A stretch of 64,000 nt of DNA, from positions 1-64,000 of IMG/VR virus record IMGVR_UViG_3300032038_000028, one strand, 5' to 3'. Below are positions 10,901 through 18,504 of the stretch, piece after piece. The notes under the pieces are model-generated. The model did not search any database and was not told the origin of the DNA. It saw only the letters and a program-made list of their open reading frames with translations. The stretch is from a virus (Duplodnaviria; Caudoviricetes). Position numbers and translations under genes: made by a program. Position 1 is the first letter of the stretch. Each line of letters starts with the position of its first letter.

Positions 10901-12053
10901 TACGCTGGCAAGCTGTATGACGGAGGAGGGGGCCAAAGGCTTCCGCCTGCGCTACAACTCTGCGCCCGACATTCAGTGGGGCGACAAGCATCTGGTGATC
11001 GGCTACGGGATGCAGCGGGCCATCGTGGTGCTGCGGCATTACAAGGGATCCAACAACCTGTACGTGGTATCCAATAACCCGACCGCCGACTCCTATAACA
11101 ACACCGTGCTGATCGGTGAGCTGGTCAGGACGCAGTCTGCGGATACGGATGCTGTGCTTGCATTCGGTGGGCTGCCCATCGGATCCTCGTCCTACGACTA
11201 CCCGGCCACCGGATGGATTCACTGGTGCAAGATCTGGTACGCAGATCTCGGTAGCGTTGCTATCCGACAGCTGGCTACATGGCCGCACGAAACGCTGCGG
11301 ATGGAGTACATCGACTCCGGGCGGTACAGGCTTCCCGGAGATACAGCCGAGCGGTGCGCGGCATCGTTTATCGCCAACCACGGGCTGGCGCTGCTGAAGC
11401 AGATAAATCCAACTCAGAATAATACCGGCGGCTGGCCGTCGATGCCGATGCGTACCTTCCTGAACAGTATGTTCTTCAGCGCCCTGCCCTTTGCGTGGCA
11501 GGCCATGTTGACAACGGTCAGGGTGACATCAGTGGCTGGTAACTCCACCGACGCCGTGACGTCCGAAGACAAAGTTTATCTGGCATCCGGATATGAAATG
11601 AATACTCTGACAGGTACGACGTATGCGCAGGAGGGGTCGCCCATCGCATTCTATGCAACGAGACCGTCCTGTATTAAATTCTGCGGTCTGAAGATCTCTG
11701 AAGACGCGCAGATCATTTCCAGTCAGACAGACCCGACTCTGCTGGACGCGCTGTACACAATCCATGAGGGCGACGTCTGGATCAACGAGCAGTATTACGA
11801 TGTCGGCTATATGTACATCAGCGCCGAAACGGTCGCCAAGCACGGATATATCGGTTCCTATGCCATGAACTCGAGCGATCACATCGATGCTGCAGGGACA
11901 CAGGGAGGCAAATGGATTGCGGCCCGCAACCAGTGGACGCGTTCCGCGTCGACGGCTAATACTGTCAACTTCGCTATCGTCTCCTGGTACGGCGGTTCTA
12001 ACACATTCCCGACCACCAGCCGGATGCAGGTCGTTCCGTGCTTCTCTCTGTAA
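4929..12053 (+). CDS. Giant multidomain tail fibre/adhesin: N-terminal repeats, LamG-like, CotH kinase-like, LRR-like, InlB-B/Flg_new-like repeats and C-terminal DUF6273/C-type-lectin-like domain
   Basis: AGGAGG RBS before ATG 4929; motifs VQGTSS...KNFK, DNRAKNMF, YDLDSCFG (CotH-like); LDTSACVLLDTLNV (LRR-like); YVVTFVNEDG...YSGWD repeats; GGWPSMPMR and QWTRS...VVPCFSL at the C-terminus. Confidence 0.75.
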   Translation: MAYQKTIWSPGDTISSAAMNKIEEGIAGVEAEVAEAGNGLVSYADDQGLTTAQKATARSNIGAEAAGVAVKFTEAQVLTPAQKAQAQANIGLENMDDMVSGRVRYDEAQELTEEEKAQAQANIGLDDIGSMVTGTVKYSEAQELSPEEKAQALENLGLDQLDSLTEGTVKYSEAQTLNNTERGQARSNIGAAAASELTDLSGVVSELQLAVDAVGNAVTNITRTEDGLRVDYSSGSSQTIGIDQGLAIDAVEYDANHYLHFYDEDGNDLFNPVFIEGGGGGGASGYAVRIINGLTSTTLTVASNQRTVIPFTYTEYYGSELQNQNGLLTVQYKLASAANWITYISNQQIPANVQQRLDVTDLLTEGSVTNIRLICANGRSDEDAQSKTIQYNITSVALNISTTFNASATYTGNLTIPYTCTGAGVRKTVYLYIDGAEYTHVDVGESHNQQLRIQVRLAGSYSYGAHSARLWFATPEGATSNEVRFPILYDNGVGDAPIVGATLRDDVIENGETLYLDYVCYTPGRETTESLSVRVYSSNNGAETNYYEASFSDIQNNRMTALPISRYPDLGTGYIELRSGTTTSTITFTVTEVQTSYEINPVETGLVYSYRPAGYTNSTVGREEYVYELEDAAGNDVNIYTELTDFNWVNDGYIDGESLTIAGAARMNIQLPILTTDFINKDNQTVVLDAASGATVTTSGRTIEFEFELDNVTNQNSVVFSCLDANGVGFVITPQVCYLLADGQAPVLDSTGFIENEESIPCAYIKDEKHIRVSFVIQPKTYTQDNRFTSYANIFINGEYANSYLYDETAVYNGTAGITIGSDDCVTKLYDVRMYNRGLTRAEVLRNHMNSDIDIRDRIMQNRFNDILNSNGHVDYAKARLKYPCLLFIGNLSNHKNDRQYIGTVLTKPDGAGSYQTEFSMLDRDQADRFVSSIKVQGTSSQRFMRKNFKVYLVRNKADGSGTEKVKYVLKGYDSNNQPLSKGESTLCFKMDYMSTDHANTFNANIADTLFNDKEAGSLVQNTIWGFRCLLFNMAAEDYDPDTLFEDYAPDVIQFAGDGCLNNDKSNVSSFGLKDDGDDGADTLQQKWEFKDNSNPLCTFTTDRLMEKIYATDGTSYKLQARNGLESCYPDEGDLDDAGIDPDYSHIQVLFSWVYQRANFWDASTRSGTGGVYDGRSYTTERALKRAIFIREFPRHFNMEHALIYYLFIEWVALCDNRAKNMFLSCKDVRSESLVFTDTSTSIWDCVTPDTGVVDISKIDWENSTFGVWYTDLYDLDSCFGAENSGYIRIPYYADWNYILPRTGTHQFNGYDSRLWCMFEDAFADEIKARAKLLTRSNTGSGTLNYAVLRQVHITENAELVCPAVVNEDMEYKYEDAWTKGYWDYSVDVENPVWTQTSAYKYLQRGSRTEQKESFIYRRSVMLYSKYQCDQFLNDQLAFRCGTPVAIADSTISMAAIQAMWLGVTYGDSGSPQMSDKRAAGQTASIVSPNVLGRSDNIHIHGASNLTELSSLAAFHPYEIGLTNAGKLKTLLIGSNAEGYTNGDLSSLDTSACVLLDTLNVQGCTGFTDTPINLTANTLIRAVYAGGSTVPYFMFANGGILETLELGRPKRIVVLNQPYMTTFSYDSLDDLVMLRVENTPNMGVLDILAEKLADLRLGIRLVGIDETITGSDFSLLRALTSSDAQGKQLNADGNLVNDPEAWPVITGTIHCNYVGDRTLALLGEYYPNLTIDYTDITPQYVVTFVNEDGTQILDKKGNPYIQYVDQGGTPYDPVAAGEVYTPVKQEDQQYTYTYSGWDDLNSAVLANKTIRAQYTNVPKVYTVRWFAARGGEPLKVLNNVTYGTEVTYNANQTVFPTLDDEEANLIYKVFTGWDKSTGFITGDTDVYAVWDRAPMMMPKTVELKDMTPAQISGVVKNRRADEFWEPKDYIDIPLGKDFEYSNVRSEVVLQNKFFGGTVAEVVKTNIKLFDADAPDFTLAIDYEFTATTANATLASCMTEEGAKGFRLRYNSAPDIQWGDKHLVIGYGMQRAIVVLRHYKGSNNLYVVSNNPTADSYNNTVLIGELVRTQSADTDAVLAFGGLPIGSSSYDYPATGWIHWCKIWYADLGSVAIRQLATWPHETLRMEYIDSGRYRLPGDTAERCAASFIANHGLALLKQINPTQNNTGGWPSMPMRTFLNSMFFSALPFAWQAMLTTVRVTSVAGNSTDAVTSEDKVYLASGYEMNTLTGTTYAQEGSPIAFYATRPSCIKFCGLKISEDAQIISSQTDPTLLDALYTIHEGDVWINEQYYDVGYMYISAETVAKHGYIGSYAMNSSDHIDAAGTQGGKWIAARNQWTRSASTANTVNFAIVSWYGGSNTFPTTSRMQVVPCFSL
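5050..5510 (+). repeat. Five coding repeats (V[K/R]Y-x-EAQ-x-LT-x-x-[Q/E]KAQA-x-x-NIG)
   Basis: Visible in the translation and in DNA (gcgcaggcacaggccaacatcggtctgga occurs twice). Confidence 0.8.
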
Positions 12054-12072
12054 GCGAATGGGGGTGTAACGG

Positions 12073-12519
12073 TTGACGTACTACAAAGTGATTCAGGACG
12101 ACAAAGTCATCGACGCCGGTTTTACCTGGCTGACGTGGAACGTGAAGCACCGCTGTCTGATGATTTGCGGGGCCGACGCTGCGTGCTATGTACAGGGGCG
12201 CGACAGAAAAACCATTTACGCTGACACCTGGCTGACCCCGGTCAAACGGGGCTGGCCGGTGGGCGAGCCTGCGACGGTGGTCGTGATCGACGCCGTCGAA
12301 TATGACGAGATCATGGCGATGCTGGACGGCGGGGAGGAGATCCCCGTCGACCCGGTACCGCCGGAACCGGAACCCGTAGAGCCAGACGAACCGGTCGAGC
12401 CGGACGAGCGGCCCATGACGGTAGCGGAAATGCGGGAGAAAATTGTAGAACAGCAGGGCTCGATCGACATGCTGGTCGAGTGTCTGCTTGAAATGAGCGA
12501 GGTGGTTTACGGTGGGTAA
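12073..12519 (+). CDS. Phage tail-associated protein (XkdW-like position)
   Basis: TTG start; PE-rich linker; C-terminal ...LLEMSEVVY directly before a CD1375-like gene. Confidence 0.6.
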   Translation: MTYYKVIQDDKVIDAGFTWLTWNVKHRCLMICGADAACYVQGRDRKTIYADTWLTPVKRGWPVGEPATVVVIDAVEYDEIMAMLDGGEEIPVDPVPPEPEPVEPDEPVEPDERPMTVAEMREKIVEQQGSIDMLVECLLEMSEVVYGG

Positions 12520-12568
12520 ACTGCGATCGTTTATTTGCACGCTGCTATTTAACAAGGAGGGGGAAACT

Positions 12569-12700
12569 ATGATGGCGATGCTCTGGTGCCAGCAGATTTT
12601 GCTTGGCAAGAAGACCTTCGCGCAGGTACCCAAGCTGCTGAAGGACAAAGTCAGAGAGCTCCTGATCGACTCCGGTTACCCGGAGCTGGCCGAGGAGTAA
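12569..12700 (+). CDS. Small CD1375/XkdX-like protein
   Basis: AAGGAGG RBS; MMAMLW...GKKTFAQVPKLLKDKVRELL. Confidence 0.65.
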   Translation: MMAMLWCQQILLGKKTFAQVPKLLKDKVRELLIDSGYPELAEE

Positions 12701-12751
12701 GACCTGGGGAGGGCGGCTGTCAGACGACGGTCGCCCTCCTGCGAAAGGGGC

Positions 12752-13033
12752 ATGAATATGAATAAGAAAATCACCGACGGCGTCTGGCAGCTGAGCAGCG
12801 ACACGGTACTGGCTGACGGCAGATGGCAGAGCGCGGGCGCATCGGTTTATATGGTAGAAAGCGAGAGCAAGCTCGCTGACATCCCGGACGCCGTACCGGG
12901 AGATATGGCCTACACTGCCGGGTACGAAAACATATGGCAGCTGGGCACTGACGGCACGACATGGGCCACCGTCAGCATCGACATGCAGGAAGGTATGGGA
13001 TCTGTGCTGGCCCTCAGGCGCATGGGTGTCTGA
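12752..13033 (+). CDS. Accessory tail protein paralog 1 (shared ~70-aa module only)
   Basis: DGVWQLS...KLADIPDAVPGDMAYTAGYENIWQLGTDGTTW, homologous to the N-termini of the next two ORFs. Confidence 0.7.
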   Translation: MNMNKKITDGVWQLSSDTVLADGRWQSAGASVYMVESESKLADIPDAVPGDMAYTAGYENIWQLGTDGTTWATVSIDMQEGMGSVLALRRMGV

Positions 13034-13069
13034 CACGACAGCCGGCTCATCTGAATCGAAGGGAGAAGA

Positions 13070-13762
13070 ATGATCATGGCGAGCGAATATGTAGCCGATG
13101 GCGTCTATCGCGTCAGCGGATTAAAAACACAGATGAAGGACGGGGCCTGGTCATCTGACCCGGGGATGTATCTGGTAGCGGATCAGACGAAGCTGGCTTC
13201 TATCGAAGGTGCGACCCCGGGCGACCGGGCGTTTACTGCCGGGTACAGGAAGGTCTGGCAGCTGGCGGCGGACGGGACGACGTGGGTCGAGCTCCCGGCG
13301 ACCATTGCCTCTGCAGTGGCTCAGGCGGCTGCGAGTGCGAGCGCTGCGGCTGCGGATGCGGCGAGGGCCGCGAGTGCGGCGGCGTCTATCCCGACGGATT
13401 ACGATACCGTGCGCAGCGACGTAGCTGTCCTGAAAACCGAGGCTGCAAAGAGCCTCACGGTCAATGCGGTGCCGGCCTCTGCGCTGACTCTTGGCGGCGG
13501 ATGGGTGGATCTCGCGATGACCGTGGACTGCGATGAAATACTGGCGGTGGCGGCAACCGGAAGGTGTGTGATCAATCTGCAGTACAACGACTATACGAAG
13601 GTTGTCTGTACGCAGAGAGAAACCGTTCAGTACCCGAACCTTACTCCGCAAGTGTTCTTCACCGGCATGTCGCTGGATACCCCAATGTATATTATCAACG
13701 TCAAGATTACGGCTGACGGCGCACAGGCCGCAGTCATCGGGACTGTTGCCATCTCTACCTGA
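13070..13762 (+). CDS. Accessory tail protein paralog 2 (shared module, Ala-rich linker, unique ~100-aa C-domain)
   Basis: ADGVYRVSG...PGDRAFTAGY..VWQL..DGTTWVELP, then AAASASAAA and IPTDY. Confidence 0.75.
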   Translation: MIMASEYVADGVYRVSGLKTQMKDGAWSSDPGMYLVADQTKLASIEGATPGDRAFTAGYRKVWQLAADGTTWVELPATIASAVAQAAASASAAAADAARAASAAASIPTDYDTVRSDVAVLKTEAAKSLTVNAVPASALTLGGGWVDLAMTVDCDEILAVAATGRCVINLQYNDYTKVVCTQRETVQYPNLTPQVFFTGMSLDTPMYIINVKITADGAQAAVIGTVAIST

Positions 13763-13781
13763 TTGTAAAGGAGTATGAGTT

Positions 13782-15632
13782 ATGACGAATGAATTGATCG
13801 CTGACGGCATCTATCGCGTCAGTGGTATGGAGACCTCGCTGAAAAACGGGGCATGGGTGTCGGACGCCGGGACGTATCTGGTGACCAACCAGACGAAGCT
13901 CGCTGATATTCCCGATGCCCGTCCGGGCGACATCGCCTTTACAGCGGGATACGGCCACATCTGGCAGCTGGATGTGGACGGCACGACCTGGGTGGAGCTG
14001 CCGAAAACTGCCGCCGGTACTGCGGCTTCTCAGGCTGCGGCCAGTGCGACCGCTGCTGCCGGAAGCGCCTCTGCCGCGGCTGCGAGCGCCAGCCAGGCGC
14101 AGACTGTTGCCGCCTCTATCCCCGCGGATTACACCTCTCTGAGCAACTCCGTGGTTGATTTAAAGAGCGCCTTAGACGATACAGAAAACGCTATCGGATC
14201 TGAAAATAATATAATAAACGTCGATATAACACCAGTTAGCGGACACAGATACTATTATGATTATCCAAACCCCGGCTTCAATGATATTTCAGATGTTGGC
14301 ATGACTTATTTTTCGACTATTTTAAACGTGCAAGCAGGGCAGATTTATTATTACAGCGGCCGTGTATATAACTATGATAAACAGTATTCTGTTATCGTTA
14401 CGGATGACAATAACACCGTGCTTTTATACGATCTTGGTTATACGTCAGATACAAATGTTGTTGATTATCAGTTTACAATTCCACAAAATGGCACAAAGTT
14501 GTATATCACATCTTACAAAAGCGATTCCGACCCACTTACCAGCGCGCTTGCGTTAAAGATGCTTAAAAAACAGTTGTTCCATGTAAACCGCATCACAGAA
14601 GAAATCGGCGGGGTAATTCCGGAATACTATACAGCGAACGATTGGTTGCAGAGCAAAATGAAAAACATCAATGATAAATGTGGATTTATAAACGGCGTGG
14701 TTTTCCCATTTATCACAGATGTTCATTTTGCCAATAACGCAGGAAACAGCAAGTTTTTACTCCGAGAAATCCTCGAAAAAACGGCATGTTCCTTTGTAAT
14801 CGGCGGCGGGGATTATCAAGGGGGATTCGGTGGGGCCGAAGATTTGTCTGCCCAATTCAAGGCTATGTTTGATTTTACTGGATATGTCGGGCATGACAGA
14901 TTTTTCTCCGTTGCAGGGAATCATGATTTTTATGAGCAAGAAAGTATTGGAAGCAGTACAAGGATAAACGCCACATATGGCGAGGTTTACAATGCCATCT
15001 TCCGTCCGTCTGAGCGTTGGCAACGTGAAAGGATGCCGGGTGGGTATTACTGCATAGATATTGATTCACAAAAAACACGCTTTATCATGCTCAATTCTCA
15101 TGAGCCATCTCCGGTAGCAAGCGGAACAGAAATAGATGGACTGATAAGAGTAAGGCCGGAGCAGATTCAATGGTTGATTTCTGCCCTGACTGAGAAAACA
15201 GGATATAGAATTATTGTTATAAGCCATGCAACATCCGACCCTGATATGCCAGACTATTCAGCAACAATAGAAAACGTTCAGAAAGTCCTCGTTGCATATG
15301 CAAATCATACTACTGACACTATAAGGTTTACTGATACGTGGAGCGTAAATGTTGATTTTACTAATGCTCAAAACACGATAATATGCCACATCAATGGACA
15401 TTCGCATGTTGATGCGAGCCATGTGGATAGGAATGTGTTATCAATATGCACCACATGCGACGCCTGTTTGCAAGATGACGGATATGGTGCAGTAATGGGA
15501 ACAGTAACAGAACAGGCTTTCGATGTTTTCTGTATTGATTATGATGCTATGACTATAAAGGCTGTGAGAGTTGGCAGAGGCAGTAATAGAGCGTGGGCGT
15601 ATGTCAATGAAGCGTGGCAAATTGTTAATTAA
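13782..15632 (+). CDS. Accessory tail protein paralog 3 fused to a calcineurin-like metallophosphoesterase
   Basis: Shared N-terminal module; metallophosphoesterase motifs DVH, GGD, GNHD, SH, GHSH; abrupt switch to AT-rich DNA after ...VVDLKSAL. Confidence 0.85.
   Translation: MTNELIADGIYRVSGMETSLKNGAWVSDAGTYLVTNQTKLADIPDARPGDIAFTAGYGHIWQLDVDGTTWVELPKTAAGTAASQAAASATAAAGSASAAAASASQAQTVAASIPADYTSLSNSVVDLKSALDDTENAIGSENNIINVDITPVSGHRYYYDYPNPGFNDISDVGMTYFSTILNVQAGQIYYYSGRVYNYDKQYSVIVTDDNNTVLLYDLGYTSDTNVVDYQFTIPQNGTKLYITSYKSDSDPLTSALALKMLKKQLFHVNRITEEIGGVIPEYYTANDWLQSKMKNINDKCGFINGVVFPFITDVHFANNAGNSKFLLREILEKTACSFVIGGGDYQGGFGGAEDLSAQFKAMFDFTGYVGHDRFFSVAGNHDFYEQESIGSSTRINATYGEVYNAIFRPSERWQRERMPGGYYCIDIDSQKTRFIMLNSHEPSPVASGTEIDGLIRVRPEQIQWLISALTEKTGYRIIVISHATSDPDMPDYSATIENVQKVLVAYANHTTDTIRFTDTWSVNVDFTNAQNTIICHINGHSHVDASHVDRNVLSICTTCDACLQDDGYGAVMGTVTEQAFDVFCIDYDAMTIKAVRVGRGSNRAWAYVNEAWQIVN
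14154..14175 (+). other. Putative recombination site L (GTTGATTTAAAG-AGCGCC-TTAG)
   Basis: 11/12 inverted match to 15639-15650; sits at the GC-to-AT transition inside the CDS. Confidence 0.65.
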
Positions 15633-15650
15633 ATAACACTTTAACTCAAC
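15629..15650 (-). other. Putative recombination site R (GTTGAGTTAAAG-TGTTAT-TTAA on the - strand)
   Basis: Inverted partner of site L; overlaps the stop codon; marks the return to GC-rich DNA; about 95 bp upstream of a tyrosine recombinase. Confidence 0.65.
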
Positions 15651-15665
15651 ACAGGCCCCGCTGAT

Positions 15666-15695
15666 TTGCAAAAAGCCGCACCCGCGTGCTATAAT
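15666..15695 (+). promoter_or_regulatory. Sigma70/SigA-type promoter for the recombinase
   Basis: TTGCAA-18 bp-TATAAT with extended TGn. Confidence 0.6.
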
Positions 15696-15744
15696 CCAGT
15701 CATCCCATCTGGGGGATAATTTTATAGAAACGGGGTGCGGCGCC

Positions 15745-16725
15745 ATGTCTATGGAAGCCAGAGCTACTTTCATGCACAGTCTCGAACAGAGGCTGTCTTC
15801 TTTATTAACGGCCGACGATATGAAGCGCGTGATGACAGAGGTGGCAGAGAACCTTGACGGGTACGAGCTGACCGACAACCGGGGCGAGCCGGACGATAAC
15901 GACGACCTGCTGGACGCCTACCTGGCGACCATGGCCGTACAGGGCCGCAGCCCGAAAACCATTGAGCGGTACCGGTACGTGCTGCAGCGCATGATGACCG
16001 CGCTCAGGACGGGCACCCGGCGAATCACGGTGTACCACCTGAGGCGGTATCTCGCAGATGAGAAGGCACGCGGGATCAGCGACAGCACGCTGGATGGTAT
16101 CAGGCAGGTGTTCTCAGCGTACTTCAACTGGCTGCAGAAGGAGTCCCTGATACAGGTCAACCCCACTACCAACCTCGGCGCGATACGGCGACCGAAGAAG
16201 ATCAGAGAAGTCTACAGCGAATCAGAACTCGCCCGGCTCAAGATGGGTGCGCAGAGTGCCCGCGACCGGGCGATCATTTATTTTCTGGAGTCTACCGGAT
16301 GCCGCATCAACGAGGTGGTGCAGCTCAACCGGGACGACATCAACTTCTCCAAGCTGGAATGCAAAGTGTTGGGTAAGGGTAACAAGGAGCGCACGGTGTA
16401 CCTCAACGAGGTAGCGGCCATGATGCTTCAGACATATCTGGATCAGCGGACGGACGACCTGCCCGCTCTTTTTATTGGCAAAGGGACCGAGCGCATGCAT
16501 GCCGGCGGGGTGAGAGCCATGCTCTGTAAGCTGGGCGCGGCTACGCGGGTAGCTCACGTCCATCCCCATCGTTTCAGGAGGACGCTGGCGACCAACCTCA
16601 TCCGGCGCGGCATGGTGATCCAGGAGGTCGCCGCCATCCTCGGGCACGACAAACTCGATACGACCATGAAGTACGTCGTGCTTAATCAGGATGACGTCCA
16701 GCACTCCTACCAGAAGTTTTCTTAA
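15745..16725 (+). CDS. Tyrosine recombinase (XerC/D-like)
   Basis: Catalytic residues TGCR, GKGNKER, HRFR, LGH...Y; N-terminal SAM-like core-binding domain (SPKTIERY). Confidence 0.92.
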   Translation: MSMEARATFMHSLEQRLSSLLTADDMKRVMTEVAENLDGYELTDNRGEPDDNDDLLDAYLATMAVQGRSPKTIERYRYVLQRMMTALRTGTRRITVYHLRRYLADEKARGISDSTLDGIRQVFSAYFNWLQKESLIQVNPTTNLGAIRRPKKIREVYSESELARLKMGAQSARDRAIIYFLESTGCRINEVVQLNRDDINFSKLECKVLGKGNKERTVYLNEVAAMMLQTYLDQRTDDLPALFIGKGTERMHAGGVRAMLCKLGAATRVAHVHPHRFRRTLATNLIRRGMVIQEVAAILGHDKLDTTMKYVVLNQDDVQHSYQKFS

Positions 16726-16740
16726 AAGAGGGGTGAGCCC

Positions 16741-17421
16741 TTGAAGATTCAGGTCAACATCACCCGGCAGGAGAACGCTGACTATTTCAGCGCGGCTGTC
16801 GGGGATACTGTAGAGGTAGAACTCGAAGACTATGTGGCGGCCGTAACGGCGTCCGAGCTCGCATCAGGCGGGACGGAAGGATGCCGGGCACAGGCAGTGG
16901 CCGCAAGGACGTTCGCTGTCAACCACGGCGTGCTGAAGGGCAAGGCCATCTCGGACAGCTCTTCTACGGCACAGGCCTACCGGGCCAGCCGGAACGACCC
17001 GGCGAAGTACCCGACCGCTGTACAGGCGGCGAAGGATACGGCCGGGGAGATCCTGACGTACAAAGGCAGCGCGATCAGCGCGGTGTACTCGGCCGGCAAC
17101 GGCGGGCGCACGGTATCATCGAAGGAGCGGTGGGGAGGCGACAGGCCTTACCTGATCGCACAGGACGACCCGTGGGACGCAGCGGCCGGAGGTGGACGCA
17201 CAGGACACGGCGTAGGCATGAGCCAGCGCGGAGCCCGATACGCCGCATCACAAGGCAGAACCTACCGGGAGATTCTGGCGTTCTATTATCCCGGCACACA
17301 GATCGAGACGATTGACAAAGGGGGTGGTCGCATGATATCAGCTTCTGATTTTGTCGAGAAGGTTAAAATACCGCTCGCCGAAAGATGGGGCTATATCCTA
17401 TCTACGACACACACGGAGTAA
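16741..17421 (+). CDS. SpoIID/LytB-domain cell wall hydrolase (N-terminal part of lysin)
   Basis: EDYVAAV..SE, AQAVAARTF, QAY, GHGVGMSQ.GA, ILAFYYPG motifs. Confidence 0.85.
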   Translation: MKIQVNITRQENADYFSAAVGDTVEVELEDYVAAVTASELASGGTEGCRAQAVAARTFAVNHGVLKGKAISDSSSTAQAYRASRNDPAKYPTAVQAAKDTAGEILTYKGSAISAVYSAGNGGRTVSSKERWGGDRPYLIAQDDPWDAAAGGGRTGHGVGMSQRGARYAASQGRTYREILAFYYPGTQIETIDKGGGRMISASDFVEKVKIPLAERWGYILSTTHTE

Positions 17422-18494
17422 TCTGGACGGCGGAGAAGCAGGCGGCTGCGACCAGAGAGCAGACGGTCGCCTACGGAAAACAATGGATCGGCCGCATGGT
17501 GACCGACTGCAGCGGGCTGATCTACTGGGCCTGCATGCAGCTGGGCGAGAAGGTTGTGCATCACGCGACCTACCTGTACACCGACTGGAGCAGGCCGAAG
17601 GGCAAGCTGGTCAGCATCCCGGTCAACGCCGCCGGGGAAACCAAAGGGCGCGACGACGGCCAGCCCATCAAACCCGGGACGCTGGTGTTTCTCAAGGGCA
17701 ACAAAGAGAAGATTCACCACACCGGGGTCTATATCGGCGACAACACCGTCATTGAAGCAAAGGGCACAAAGTCCGGCGTGACGACGAGCCAGCTCAGTCA
17801 CTGGGAGTACTGGGGTGAGCTCAAGGTGCTGGACTATACAGGCGCGAAGACGCCGGAAAGCGGAGAGAAACCCATGAGCAGAACCATGCGGGCGGTGGTC
17901 AATAACCCGCACAACAAACTGAATGTACGCAAGGAGCCGTCCCAGGCGGCGGCCAAGGTCTGTCAGGTGCTGAAGGGCACCATCGTTGACGTCGTCGAGC
18001 AGACGAACGCCGAGTGGTGGAAGATCAGCTATAACGGAAAGACGGGCTACACGATGGCGAAGTACCTGCAGCTGCAGGGGCCGGCAGAGGAACCTGTCGC
18101 AGAGGAACCTGTGATCGAGTGGCCCGCTGAGGTTGAACCCGTAGCGGCTGAGCCTGTGGCAGAAGAGCCGCAGAAGAAGGAATCCCTGCTGGACAAGATC
18201 AGGGGGATCTTCGGCGGCCGGAAGGAAGAGCTGCCGGAGGAAGCGCCAGAGGAGCTGCCCGAAGACGAAGAGGCCGAAGACGCACCCTTCGACAAGGTGG
18301 TCGGCCCTGAGACGGTACAGGCGCAGCTGGTGGGGATCGCCGGGGATCTGGACATCCTGACCCGGCTGGTGAACGACGCCAAGGCTACGCTGAACCCGGA
18401 AGAGCTGGTCGAGATCCTGAACGCGCTGGACAAGGTGCTGCCGGAAATCCAGCAGGCCAAGGACGATATGTGGACTATGATTACCGTAGGATAA
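17332..18494 (+). pseudogene. NlpC/P60 peptidase + SH3 domain lysin, split by a frameshift near 17398-17402
   Basis: DCSGL and HTGVYIG...IEAKG (NlpC/P60), LNVRKEPS...WWKISYNGKTGY (SH3b); its natural N-terminus MISASDFVEK...WGYI is in a different frame. Confidence 0.7.
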
Positions 18495-18504
18495 GGAGAA
18501 AAGC

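Noticed and set aside
14154-15650. Classical shufflon or invertible tail-fibre switch
   Set aside because: There is only one cassette, no alternative C-terminal ORF on the opposite strand, and the two spacers differ; kept instead as a cassette-exchange hypothesis.
11880-16725. Complete diversity-generating retroelement
   Set aside because: No reverse transcriptase motif or template repeat seen in the window; only a target-like C-terminus.
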